Source: Octopus bimaculoides (taxonomy: Eukaryota). From it: 64,000 nt of DNA. Shown piece after piece: positions 50,729 through 63,389 of the stretch (its first letter is position 1; every line of letters starts with the position of its first letter). A program made the translations under genes and the position numbers. The notes below the pieces were generated by a model. The model made no database searches, was not told the origin of the DNA, and saw only the letters and a list, made by a program, of their open reading frames with translations. Where the stretch lies: the NCBI RefSeq assembly GCF_001194135.2, contig NC_068985.1:123749516-123813515 (forward strand), read 5' to 3'.

Positions 50729-51411
50729 TAATAATAATAATAATAGTAATAATAATAATAAGACTTAATTAATAAGAACGAAGAAAAGGGAAAGAATAAA
50801 ACATCTTACTTTATATTTAGTTGTCAAAAATATAAATCATATTTTCCATCAATTTTAAGGTTTGACACATGAAAAGGGAATAAAAATATATGATATTAAA
50901 ATTATTTCCTTCACTTTCACAGAAAGCGCTTGTTAGATCCCCGCCCCTTTTTTGTTTTGATTATTTTCTATTTTCTCTTTCATTTAATTTGTCTATCATT
51001 CTTTAGAAAAGAAATAGCTGGATATAAATTAACAAATGTGGTAGTTATGCATCAACAACCATTTCGTCACATTTCGTGCCAGCGCTATTTAAATATTAGC
51101 CTAACATGCAATCCGTTTCGTTTTTCGGATGAGTTTTGTCTTGTTAAACATATTTATCGGGTGAGTGAAGGCCACGTGTTGACAGAAACGGTAGAGTGCC
51201 AAATGAAATGGCTTACAGTCAGTATTTAGTTCAAATACCGCTGAGTAAAATTTTCCTTCTATGGACCCACAATCGATAAACAAATATCAGTAGCGTACAG
51301 GTTTGATTTAATCTCTAATATCTCTATCATGGCAAATTTTTGCCTTGTACTTTGTCTGAAGAAAATCAATATTTCTTCTCGATATTGACTGATATACAAA
51401 TAGTCAGGAAG

Positions 51412-51492
<81 letters not shown>

Positions 51493-51793
51493 GAGAGAGA
51501 GAAAGAGAATGTATTGTTCTGACAACACGGAAACAATGAGATCTGATTAACTCGAAATCACATTTCGCTTGTTGGATACACATGTCTCTCCTGGCGTTAA
51601 AATCTCAAACATTATTTTATAACAAAGTTAGAAATAATTAGTGATCTAGAATTAATTATGTAACTAGTAATTATTTTATCAGCCACAGGGATATGAGCCG
51701 TAAAGATGACATTAGTAGTGTTCTTCTTGGGTAAAGCAAATTCTGAAATGTATTTAGTCTGTCTCTCTGCAGCTTTTATCCTACCTATTTTAA

Positions 51794-51872
<79 letters not shown>

Positions 51873-52158
51873 TTATCTATCTACCTACCTGCCTGCCACC
51901 TTGCCTGTCTGCCAGCCTGCCTGCCTGCCTGCCTGTCTGTTTGTCTTTCTGGCTGGCTGTCTATCTGTCTGTCTGTCTATCCATAGAGAGAGTGAGTGGA
52001 GAATTGGCAAATATTAGAGCATCTGACAAAATGTTTTAAGTCTTGAGTTCAGAACACGCAAGAGATCGAAAAAATAAGGATAAATCAAGCAGCGGGTCAG
52101 TTCAACTGACATTACTCACTGTCAAAATATGTACGTTTGTGCTTATATCACACACACA

Positions 52159-52277
<119 letters not shown>

Positions 52278-52489
52278 GCACACACACACACACATACACA
52301 CATACACACATGCATAGCCACATGCGCGTGTGCGCATATATACTACTACTAAATTCAAGTCACGACAGACAGAGAGGATGTTCTTGAAGCCGAGATGTCG
52401 AACTTACGGAGACAATATTTACATATCGCCTGAGGAAACACAACTAGATCTCATAATGCAGAGAAACGGTTACATAATCAAGTGTCTGC

Positions 52490-52530
52490 ATGCCTGAAGA
52501 ACAACGTTGCGTAGAAACAATTGTAGTGAT
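52490..52530 (+). ncRNA. Degenerate Penelope-type hammerhead-like motif
   Basis: CTGAAGA, ACA-ACG-TTG-CGT-A, GAAAC-AATT-GTA (palindromic ACAATTGT stem III, GUA triplet); stem I is weak. Confidence 0.4.
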
Positions 52531-52726
52531 TAAATAACAAAAGTCCAATTGTACTACTTTTTGTTGGCTCCACATATTTTTCTGTTATCTATTCATACAT
52601 GACAGATACCCAAACGCAAACCTGGAAGTACGTCTAATATTATTACTGGATAGCACAGGGTGAAATCTGAAGGTGGACGAGCTTCATACTGTACTCTACT
52701 GTGTTCTTAACAGAATATACCATAAC

Positions 52727-52771
<45 letters not shown>

Positions 52772-53349
52772 TATAATACTTTATTCAATATCTCAGATTT
52801 TCATTCACAAACACAAATTCGCTAGTACTTACCACCACAGTTCCTATATCTTACAGATAGACACGCATTTGCAGACAAATATCGACATTAATTTATTTGA
52901 TCCCTAAACAGAGTCATAATCGATAACAGCCACCATGATCCTTATTGAGCAGGGACAATCAGCATCATCCCTGATAAAAAGAAGAGATGTATGAGCAACA
53001 CGAAATTTTCTAAGAGTTTGTCTTCTGGGATAGTTCCAGATATAAACAAATATAATGAAGTTATTAAAATGATCAAGTAATCTTTATTAATTATGTCTAT
53101 AAAAGAACATGTAGATCCACTAATTTTAAAGTGTGAAGCAAAAAAATATATCTTCGTATATCGAAATAGACATTATTTTGTAAATAAATATAATATGACG
53201 GGAAAAATAAATAAAAATTTATAAATGAAAATGTTTATGAATTTAAATATCCATATGCTTTACACAGTGCTATAAAACAGTTATGTTTAGGATGATTTTC
53301 TTTATATGTGCGTGTGCATGTACTTACAATCACACATATGTCTAGAGTG

Positions 53350-53800
53350 CAAGATGTCATCAACCTACCGTCCTCCTCACTTGTACGGCCACACTTTGAA
53401 TTCTGTGGTGACCCCAAACAAAAAATTACAAGAATTGAGTTACCCCAGAGAGTAATCGCTAAAAAATAAAAAGCATGACTAATTTTGATTATTGGGACTA
53501 CCTTAAAACATTGAAACTTTAATCTTTCCAGCGCTGCCGTGAGCGCAGCATCATTAGCACAATACGAAGAATATACCAACAGCATTGCCCAAACGACCTT
53601 AATATCAGATTCGGAATTCATCCAAGGCTGGGGTTACGTGCCATACGCCCCAACACAATTCATGACCACAACACAAATTCACTGCAAGACAATTTCTTTT
53701 CATCAAATCAAGTCAAAGAAAAAGATCCCATCACTTTCAAATGATACCAAGAAAAATTGCTTCAGACACGCCACTTATGCTTGAATACATATCAGTCAAC
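53350..53800 (+). mobile_element. Decayed CR1-type LINE 3' fragment
   Basis: SLVRPHFEFC, then FDYWDYLKTLKL*SFQRCRERSII...QQHCPNDLNIRFGIHPRLGLRAIRP (cf. YWERLKxLxLYSLQRRRER). Confidence 0.8.
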
Positions 53801-54089
53801 AACCCACTTCTTAAATGGACCACTACCTCCTTAAATGGACCACTACCTCCTAAAACTTGATGTAAAAATGACAACAGAACCTATAAGGTGATGCTATTAA
53901 ATTTGACATGGCCCGGGCCAATTTTTGACCAAAATATATCCAAATTGAATAGAGATACACACACACATATATATTCATGTATATATATATATATGTGTGT
54001 GTATATATATATATAAATATGTATGTATACATGCTTATATACTGACATACGTACACAAAGAAACACATATATAAACGTATTAGTATATA

Positions 54090-55290
54090 CTGGGCTGGCA
54101 AGAAAGTAATTTCGGTTTTTTAGTATGAAATAAAAGTCATTTATTTTTCATACAAAGAATGAACTTTTCCATTTTGTTCGATGACCTTCTGCCATCTTTC
54201 TGGCAACTTCATGATTTCACGCTTATAGAACTTTTGGTGCTTATCACCCAAAACCTGAAACAAGTGTGATTTCAGGTCATCATCATTACTGAAAGTTTCA
54301 CCATTCAAAGAACTTTGCAAGCTTCGAAATAAATGATAATCTGATGGTGCAAGGTCAGGGCTTTATGGTAGATGAGACATCACTTCCCGACCAAGCTCCA
54401 ATTATTTTTCACGAGTTAGTAAAGACGTGTGTGGTCTAGTGTTGTCATGGTGGAACACGATTCCTCTACGATTTGCCAATTCTGGCCATTTTTCTTTGAT
54501 TGCTTCCTCCAGTTTCATTAGTTGCTGACAGTAAACATTTGACTTGATCGTCTGGTTCCTTGGAAGGAGCTCAAAATACACAACATCTTTGTAATCCCAA
54601 CAAATTTTTAGCATGACCTTTTTTATGCAATCCAGCTTTCGATATCGCTTGCGCTGGTTCATTACGCTTGGACCATGATCGTTTTCGATTGATGTTATTG
54701 TAGACAATTCATTTTCACCACCAGTGACGATTCATTTAAAAAAAAGGTCGGATTTCATTGCGTTTAAGATGTATATTATAAATATTGATTCGTTGTGTTA
54801 AGTGAATCTTTTTCAACTTATGTAGAACCCAAACATCGAGCTTCTTAACAAGTGCAAGGCATTTTAAGTGATTTTCAATAGTTGTGTGTAATACATTTAA
54901 CCTCTCTGCAACCTCTCGTAGAGTTATATGACAATCATATTCAATTATAGCTTTGATTCGGTCATCATCAATTTCAGTAGGTCGACTAGAACGTTGGTTA
55001 TCTTTGAGTGAAAAATATCCAGAACGGAATTTTTAAAACCATTTCTGACATGTGCATTCTGTTAAGCAATCAACACCATAAACTTTACATATCTCTTTGT
55101 GAGGCTCAGCAGCTTTCTTCCCTTTACGGAAATAATACTGCAAAATATGGTGAAAATGTTCGTTTTTACACTCCATGTTAAAATTGACACCGAAGTAACA
55201 GCGGTAAACAAAAATACGCGCAATTTGCTTCTAGAGTAAGCTAAAAGTAACGGAAAAATTCATAACGTTGACATAAGCCATTCAAAGAAA
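54090..55290 (-). mobile_element. Mariner transposon, transposase pseudogene (about 55176 to 54150); only one TIR recognisable
   Basis: TA then CTGGGCTGGCAAGAAAGTAATTTCGGTTTT at 54088-54119; translation MECKNEHFHHILQYYFRKGKKA...DVWVLHKL...IVTGG...FHHDNTRPH...SPDLAPSDYHLFRSLQ; multiple lesions. Confidence 0.92.
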
Positions 55291-55423
55291 TCGTAACTCT
55301 ATCTATTTTCGCGCGCGCGCATGAGTGCGTGTGTGTGTGCGTGTGTGTGTGCGTGTGTGTGTGCGTGTGTGTGTGTGTGTGCGTGTGTGTGTGTGTGTGT
55401 ATTATTAAGTAGACGATTACAGT

Positions 55424-55765
55424 GAAGGCGCATGGCTCTGTGATTAGAGCGTCGAACTTACGATCGTGAAATTGTGAGTTCGATTCCCGGACCGGGCTGC
55501 GTATTGTGTTCTTGAGCAAGACACTTTATTTCACGTTGCTCCACTTCACTCAGCTGTAGAAATGAGTTGCGACGTCACAAGTGTCAAGCTGTATCGGCCT
55601 TTGACTTTCCCTTTGATAACATCGGTGGTGTGGAGAGGGGAAGCTGTTATGCATGAGCGACTGGTGGTCTTCCAGAAACAACTTTTCCCAGACTTGTGCC
55701 TCGGAGGGTTACTTTCTAGGTGCAATCTCATGGACATTCATGATCGAAGGGGACCACAACACAAC
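55424..55765 (+). mobile_element. tRNA/CORE-type SINE family B with a third tail type
   Basis: A-box TGGCTCTGTGA, B-box GAGTTCGATTCC, core TTGTGTTCTTGAGCAAGACACTTTATTTCACGTTGCTCC...CAGCTGTAGAAATGAG. Confidence 0.88.
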
Positions 55766-56099
55766 GACAGTTTTTGAAATATAAATCCATTTCACTCGAC
55801 AAGATAAGAGTTATAACTTTACTAAAATCGAATATGAATCACAAACATGTTTGTAGCTACTTAACCGCCAAGTTTAACAAAATAACTGAAATTCGTGTAT
55901 GTTTATGCTTTAGCGGAAACCTCAGAATATAAATGTTTAATCGCTATAATGTAACTAATTTTATGTTTTTCCGAAAAGGTCATTTATAATTACGACCTCG
56001 ATAGAAAAGAAATAGAAAACAGAACCTATCATACGAATGGAACAACTTTGTAATCCCACGATTGGTTATCTCATAGGCCATATTTGTAAATGTCTTTTA

Positions 56100-56275
56100 A
56101 GGGCAAGTGGCAGGACAAAGTCACAAAATCGGCTGTACTAGCGGAAACAAACTCGTTAACAACCCAAACCATCATTGAAATGCATCAACTCTTACAGCTA
56201 GACTATGCATAAAGGATGCCAGACACAAGAATGCCCAAAGAGATCCTGTGTGCCGAACTTACAGAAAGCGCTGTC
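56100..56275 (+). mobile_element. RTE (BovB-like) LINE C-terminal fragment
   Basis: KWQDKVTKSAVLAETN...QLLQLDYA*RMPDTRMPKEILCAELT (cf. WQDxVxNxxVL...RMPDxRxPKxILYxEL). Confidence 0.75.
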
Positions 56276-56399
56276 CTTATTCCACACCCAACGTAACCAC
56301 TAAGAAAGATAGCCGAAAATAGTAACAATCGAAGGTAAACATGCAGAGAAGCAACCGTTATTACAGGTCACAGTGAAAGTCGAAGACCTTCGACGAAGT

Positions 56400-56710
56400 T
56401 TATCATTGATTTTAGCAGAGTTAGAAACTGACCAAAACGGAAGCATGAACTTTGAAGAGGTAGAATTGAAGTTAATTCGGCCAACGGTGTTCTTTGAAAG
56501 GATACAACTTTGAATGCTCAGACATGACCTCGTTCGTATAAATAACAATTCTCACAATCTATGCTGATGATACGAAAATATTAAGATGTACCAGAAGTGT
56601 CGATGTTGTCAATAATCTTCAGAAAGACAATGTAGAAGTGGGCGGAAGAAAACATCTTGCAACTTAATACCGAAAGTTTCGGATACTTTGCTATTAGCCA
56701 CGTTCCAATA
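56400..56710 (+). mobile_element. CR1-type LINE reverse-transcriptase fragment
   Basis: TIYADDTKILRCTRSVDVVNNLQKD[frameshift]WAEENILQLNTESF. Confidence 0.7.
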
Positions 56711-56739
56711 TGTGCGTGATCCAGAAACCAAAATTACTA

Positions 56740-57095
56740 AAAGTTCATCGTTTTTCAGATGCATGAAGAACAGTTACTTTTTGATTTCCATTAAGGGCTT
56801 GTCTCACCATCATTAGTATATTGGTTATGATATTAGAAAGCGACACCAATATGCAAACGATTGTGTTTATGATAGCCAGGCCAACACCAGTTTCGCTCCG
56901 TATGGTTATTAGAATCTGCAGTTTTGCTCTCGTTGCTCTCTTGTCACAGCTGTGTTTCTGACAGAGCAGCGACGTCCATACCATAGCGCACCAATTATAT
57001 ACTGATTTCCGCAGTTATGCGTTCAGACGCCCTGAAAAATCTACATCCAACATCCGAAGTCTTTATCAATCTAAACCCTAAGTGCTGAAACACGA
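56740..57095 (-). mobile_element. RTE (BovB-like) apurinic-endonuclease N-terminal fragment
   Basis: ASERITAEISI*LVRYGMDVAALSETQL, then in another frame RSETGVGLAIINTIV (cf. PERRTALxxxELxRYxIDIAALSETR...GVGFAI). Confidence 0.75.
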
Positions 57096-57314
57096 ACTTA
57101 CGACAATCATTAGTGGAAACCATCTTCTAATGTAGTGAATAAGTCCACATACTTTCAAGACAACCTAGATACGTAGGAAAATTGCTTCTTACGTTCGGCT
57201 GCAACTGCTTTCAGGAAGCTTTGTGATTAATTAGACTTACCTGCTATATCGTCGGCCTATCAGAAAGCTGATGTGATATCTCGCTTGTTCTTGTTTGGAT
57301 TGACTATATATTTA

Positions 57315-58593
57315 TTGGGTTGTCCGGAAAGTTCGTGCCGATTTATAGTAGCTTACCTTTCGACTTATTTTAGAACATGGTTGAGTTCATAAAATAGGAT
57401 TTGACTACACCTCCAGTTAGAGCACAGTTTATGCTATCTTTTCGTGGAAGAAGGTTTATGTTCCTATAACCTGTGTTAATTCTGTAACCCTTTAAAATGG
57501 AAGATAAGAAAGTTCATTTTCGGCACTTGATGTTTTTCTTTTTCCGTAAAGGGAGAAATGCCTCACAAGCAACGAAAGAAACATGCGCAGTTTACGGTGA
57601 TGTTTCTTTATCTGAAAGAACTGTACGGAAGTGGTTCGCAAGGTTCTGAGCTGGAGATTGTAGCCTTATTGATAAAGAGCGATCAGGCAGACCATCCACT
57701 ACAGNNNNNNNNNNCATTAATTGAGAATAATCCACATTGCACAACCCGAGAATTGGCAGAAAGCCTCAACCTATCAAAATCCGTCCTTCATGAGCACCTG
57801 GTAAAGCTTGGGTACACAAATCACTACGATGTTTGGGTACCACATGAGTTGAGTGAAAAGAACCTTTTGGATCACATTTCCATCTGTGATTTGCTTTATA
57901 AACGGAATGAAAACGCACCTTTTTTTAAAGCAAATTGTGACAGGTGATGAGAAATGGATTATCTACCGAAACGTTCAGAGAAAGCGACCCTGGAGTAAGC
58001 GACATGAACCACCCTTAGCCACCCTAAAAGCGGGTCTTCACCCTAAAAAGTCTTGCTTTGTGTCTGGTGGGATTGGAAAGGAATTCTGTACTATGAGCTT
58101 CTCCCAAGTAACCAGACAATTAATTTTGAGAAATACAGCACACAAGTGGACGAGTTAAAAGCAGCAATTCAAGAGAAACGTCCGGAATTGGGGCCAACAG
58201 GAAGGGGGTTGTTTTCCAACATGATAATGCAAGACCGCACGTTTCTTTGGGAACCAGACAAAAAATGCTGCAGCTCGGCTCGGATGTGTTACCCCACTCT
58301 CCATATTCACCAGATATTGCTCCTTCGGATTTCCACTTATTCAGATCTCTGCAGAATATTCTTAATTGCGTAAAATTTCAATTCGTTGGAGGACATAAAA
58401 AGATACCTTGATGAATTCTTTGCCATGAAACCACCTCAATTCTGGGAAGAGGGTATTTTCAAGTTAAAGGAAAGATGGAGACGCATTGTGCAACAAAATG
58501 GTTCATATTTGGCTGATTAAAAATGTAATGGCAAGTATTTATTGACATTTTTCTTTCCTTTAAAAATCGGCTCGAATTTTCCGGATAACCCAA
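57315..58593 (+). mobile_element. Full-length (1279 bp) mariner transposon with disrupted D,D34D transposase (57497-58520)
   Basis: 30-bp TIRs TTGGGTTGTCCGGAAAGTTCGTGCCGATTT and its near-complement (27/30), TA on both sides; motifs WVPHEL, TGDEKW, HDNARPH, SPDIAPSDFHLF; one early stop and several frameshifts. Confidence 0.96.
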
Positions 58594-58597
58594 TATT

Positions 58598-58674
<77 letters not shown>

Positions 58675-58740
58675 ATAGCTACATAGAGAAATGGCTGGAT
58701 ATACGCGCACATATACGCATTTATATTATTATGTGAAAGG

Positions 58741-58972
58741 GATCAATGGTCATTCCCGACCCCTAGGGTCATAAACTGGTTTCCCGGATTCGGTAAAATA
58801 TATACTCCGGATGGGACGCCGGTCCGTCGCAGGATTACTCGTTTGTGCCAGGTGAGTGAACTGGAGCAACGTAAAATGTAGCATTTTTCTGAAGAACACA
58901 ACGCATCACTCGGTCAAGAAATCGAAACCATAATATTACAACCATGAGAGGAACACTCTAACAACTAAGCCA
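58741..58972 (-). mobile_element. tRNA-headed SINE with CORE-like and V-domain-like segments
   Basis: Minus strand: TGGCTTAGTTG...GGTTTCGATTCTTG...GTGTTCTTCAGAAAAATG...GTTGCTCCAGTTCACTCA...CCTGCGACGGACCGGCGTCCCATCCGG. Confidence 0.75.
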
Positions 58973-59889
58973 CACACACACACACACACACACACAAACT
59001 CTCCACCCACTAAGTCCTACGTGGTTATGGGTAACAGTCAAGAAAAATTAAATCGATAAATACATTTACATATAAACATGGTAATTTAATATTCTTAGGG
59101 TGATGTGTGATTAATGTCGAGAGATTGCATTTAAAAAAAATGTTCAGGTTGTTTATTTTCAAAAGTGAACGCTTCCAATTCAAAAGGAGACTTTAAAGTA
59201 AAAGGTTTAATAATTATATGTTAGTGATGAGGCATATTTAAAAACTGAATTGAATAATTGAAATTTGCTTGAAATTGAAAGTATTGATAGGAAAAATTGA
59301 AGTACGCAATGGTATATTTTAATGACTTATTGTCGATTTATTGAAAATATATCAAAGAAGATTATATTTGTTGTAAGCAACGTAACTGCGTACGTACACG
59401 CACAGCTACTACACACACAGATACACACATAACACACACACACACACACACACATACAGATAGATAGACAGATAGATAGATAAATAGATAGATACAAACA
59501 TACATGCATACATATATGAGTGTGTGTGTGTACATACGTTCAAACAAACAAGTAAGCAAAGCAAATATATATACACGTATGTGTATGTACATTTTATAGG
59601 ATGCAGACATGGTTGTGCTTAGGAAATCCATACAGTTATGATTTCATTGAGTGAGCTTACAGAATGACATCTTAGGCAAGTGTTTGCTACTGCAGTTTTA
59701 GATCACAAACATCGTGAAAAAAATTGGATGGACAGAAACTATAAAGAAACTTGTTGTATAACCTGAAGCTGTAATGCAAATAACCAGTCTTGCCACCCTC
59801 TGTTTCACAGTGATACTGCCTTAGTATATAATGTTTTGTGTCTAAGTGTATAGAATTCCCAGACTCTTATTACTTATAATGGTTTCTTA

Positions 59890-60125
59890 TATTGCAACAA
59901 GGATTGCAATTTTGAGGGGAAGGAATTAGTCAATGCTACTGCTCCCAGTACTCAATCGATATTTTGTTTTATCGATTCTGTAAAAGTGAAAGGTAAATTT
60001 CACTCCAGCGGATCCCCTCGGTCGGCCCCACCTTCGGGATTTTCTCTCAGAATATAAAGAACCGAATCAGATACCCAAAAGCATTTTCCGACGCTCTAAT
60101 GACCCTGCCAGCTTGCAAGCTTGCC
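59890..60125 (-). mobile_element. Family-A SINE, decayed
   Basis: GAGGGGAAGGAATTAGTCAATG...TTTATCGATTCTGTAAAAGTGAAAGGTAAA...GCATTTTCCGACGCTCTAATGACCCTGCCAGCT. Confidence 0.7.
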
Positions 60126-60583
60126 ATCTTTTCTCTTACACCATAATGTAGTTCTGTTGATCAAAGAACTAAAATAGTCATCGTTAGAGGCGACTGAAGT
60201 CCATTTGCTTATTTGTTATTCGTTTCATTTTATTTGATGTTTACTGTTTGTTAGAGACATAACTCTGTGAAAAGACGACTTACCAAAGTAATAAAATGAA
60301 GCATCAAAGTTCAAGTTTAGAAATAACAGCAGTTTTTTTCTGTTTAAATTAACAGCATGATGCAGATAACGTCACAGTGCAGAAAATAGTCTCTTTACCA
60401 CTCAATGTCAAGCTGAATCTGCGACCCACTTTATTTTTCGAATGTGATCTAAGACCTCAAGAAAAGGTATAAAAGACGCCAGCCCAATGCCATTCGTTAT
60501 TCAAAAGGTGGTTGCGTGATTTGTCGAAACATTTCTGTCTTTTTCAGTTAATTCTTTAAGTGACATTCTTTGTAATTTTTACA

Positions 60584-60633
<50 letters not shown>

Positions 60634-62006
60634 CACGTGCCTATTGTCTGTAATCTCCTAAGTCAATACTTTAAAGTTGTATTTGAATTAACTATTTACA
60701 GAATTTACAAACGNNNNNNNNNNNNNNNNNNNNNNNNNNNNNNNNNNNNNNNNNNNNNNNNNNNNNNNNNNNNNNNNNNNNNNNNNNNNNNNNNNNNNNN
60801 NNNNNNNNNNNNNNNNNNNNNNNNNNNNNNNNNNNNNNNNNNNNNNNNNNNNNNNNNNNNNNNNNNNNNNNNNNNNNNNNNNNNNNNNNNNNNNNNNNNN
60901 NNNNNNNNNNNNNNNNNNNNNNNNNNNNNNNNNNNNNNNNNNNNNNNNNNNNNNNNNNNNNNNNNNNNNNNNNNNNNNNNNNNNNNNNNNNNNNNNNNNN
61001 NNNNNNNNNNNNNNNNNNNNNNNNNNNNNNNNNNNNNNNNNNNNNNNNNNNNNNNNNNNNNNNNNNNNNNNNNNNNNNNNNNNNNNNNNNNNNNNNNNNN
61101 NNNNNNNNNNNNNNNNNNNNNNNNNNNNNNNNNNNNNNNNNNNNNNNNNNNNNNNNNNNNNNNNNNNNNNNNNNNNNNNNNNNNNNNNNNNNNNNNNNNN
61201 NNNNNNNNNNNNNNNNNNNNNNNNNNNNNNNNNNNNNNNNNNNNNNNNNNNNNNNNNNNNNNNNNNNNNNNNNNNNNNNNNNNNNNNNNNNNNNNNNNNN
61301 NNNNNNNNNNNNNNNNNNNNNNNNNNNNNNNNNNNNNNNNNNNNNNNNNNNNNNNNNNNNNNNNNNNNNNNNNNNNNNNNNNNNNNNNNNNNNNNNNNNN
61401 NNNNNNNNNNNNNNNNGTAACTGAAGTACTGTATTATTTGTATCGATAAACTGCAATGTACGTTAAATAAACATACAATTATCCTCTCCGTTTAAAAAGA
61501 CCTGGATAAATCATGAGATTCTCTTAGTAGGACGAACTCAAGAACACTTTGACTAGTTTCCACTGTCAGTTTATCAAAACTTTCCTCCAATAATCAGAAG
61601 TAGACAAGATTCTTTTGCAGTTGTGCACATATGTAAATCTCCCTCTCCGCATAACTAATGTAATCCAAGAAATTGGTAAAAGCCGTTATCGAGAACCTAC
61701 GACTAACGGAAGTTTTGTCGCACGCAGTAATGTAGCCAAATGAGACTTGAATTAACTTTTTGAACTGCAGAAGGATTGGCCTACAACACGTTGTCTAGAA
61801 CCACTCTCTGAAGACAAAGCTTTTACTGTTCGAGCCAATCTAGAAACCTCAACACTCGATTTGTAAGTAATAACAGTGAATCTTTCCTCGTAACGCTACT
61901 ACCACTTAAAAAGTCAAAGGTGTATTGAATGTTGTCCTACATGTAATCTGCGAGAAATAAATAGGTGGTCATGTCAAAAATGTCTTTCATGATATAAGTT
62001 CAGTGT

Positions 62007-62752
62007 GGAGGCGCAATGGCCCAGTGGTTAGGGCAGCGGACTAGCGGTCATAGGATCGCAGTTTCGATTCCCAGACCGGGCGTTGTGAGTGTTTATTGAG
62101 CGAAAACACCTAAAGCCCCACGAGGCTTCGGCAGGGGATGGTAGCGAACCCTGCTGTACTCTTTCACCACAACTTTCTCTCACTCTTACTTCCTGTTTCT
62201 GTTGTGCCTGTAATTCAAAGGGTCAGCCTCGTCACACTGTGTCACACTGAATATCCCCGAGAACTACGTTAAGGGTACACGTGTCTGTGGAGTGCTCAGC
62301 CACTTGCACGTTAATTTCACGAGCAGGCTGTTCCGTTGATCGGATCAACTGGAAGCTTCGACGTCGTANNNNNNNNNNGGCCCAGTGGTTAGGGCAGCGG
62401 ACTAGCGGTCATAGGATCGCAGTTTCGATTCCCAGACCGGGCGTTGTGAGTGTTTATTGAGCGAAAACACCTAAAGCCCCACGAGGCTTCGGCAGGGGAT
62501 GGTAGCGAACCCTGCTGTACTCTTTCACCACAACTTTCTCTCACTCTTACTTCCTGTTTCTGTTGTGCCTGTAATTCAAAGGGTCAGCCTCGTCACACTG
62601 TGTCACACTGAATATCCCCGAGAACTACGTTAAGGGTACACGTGTCTGTGGAGTGCTCAGCCACTTGCACGTTAATTTCACGAGCAGGCTGTTCCGTTGA
62701 TCGGATCAACTGGAAGCTTCGACGTCGTAAGCGACGGAGTGCCAACACACAC
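62007..62752 (+). mobile_element. Young tRNA-derived SINE (~390 bp) with a 14-bp target-site duplication; shown twice across a 10-N gap
   Basis: GATATAAGTTCAGT at 61991-62004 and 62753-62766; A-box TGGCCCAGTGG, B-box GTTTCGATTCC; 62018-62368 appears identical to 62379-62729. Confidence 0.93.
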
Positions 62753-63356
62753 GATATAAGTTCAGTACATCAGAGTTAATTTGGGCACAACAACTTTTAG
62801 CGCTTGATAATTTACATGCACAGAAACATATAACTACAGACACGCGCACGCACAGACGCTCATACAACCGCACGTATAATATTTCATCATGTCTTTTCCT
62901 ACTTTCTTATAGTGATCATTGTCTCATTCACGATAAGAAATATTAGAACATATGTAAATGCTTTAAAATCACCCTGTTTCTCAGTTTGTATACCGACGCA
63001 AGCAACCGTCTTTCTTCCATTCGCGTGAGCATCCTTTTCGCTCTCCATCGATAGGCCATCGCTTTTTGAATTTTTCTTTTAGACTATATTATTCTGCTTT
63101 TGTCTGAAATTATTTATCTCATTCGAACCTTGTTGTCTTCTGTGTTATATGTCTTCAGGCAATTTTGGTACTGCCCTGCCCCTGAGAGATATTTCCACTC
63201 ACTGGTAGTCTCCGACGTGTGGTACAATTTGTTAAAAGAGCTAAAACTACGTTCATTATGAATCCTACTATAGATGAGATATTCTTCTTGTCCATTCCTC
63301 CTTCTCCGTTAAATGTTTTCCATGCTATCTCACTTTTATGCTCAAACACAGACACA

Positions 63357-63389
<33 letters not shown>

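Noticed and set aside
56563-56580. CTGATGATACGAAA resembling a hammerhead core
   Set aside because: It is the coding sequence for YADDTK of the CR1 reverse transcriptase and has no stem II.
56745-56984. ORF with a hydrophobic stretch resembling a GPCR transmembrane helix
   Set aside because: The adjacent frame gives DVAALSET and this frame GVGLAI, identifying an RTE endonuclease relic.
57240-57302. Minus-strand 63-nt exon candidate ending CAG|GTAAGT beside the mariner TIR
   Set aside because: The acceptor lacks a pyrimidine tract, the peptide is unrecognisable, and it lies among transposon debris.
61621-61675. 55-nt AG...GT-bounded open segment (LCTYVNLPLRITNVIQEI)
   Set aside because: Weak donor (GTAAAA), no homology recognised, expected by chance.
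62007-62085. tRNA-gene-like segments (also at 43576 and 55424)
   Set aside because: A- and B-boxes run into SINE bodies without a complete cloverleaf; these are SINE heads.
63130-63330. ERSFSS motif suggesting a hAT dimerisation domain
   Set aside because: Only six residues match; the flanking residues and termini do not support it.
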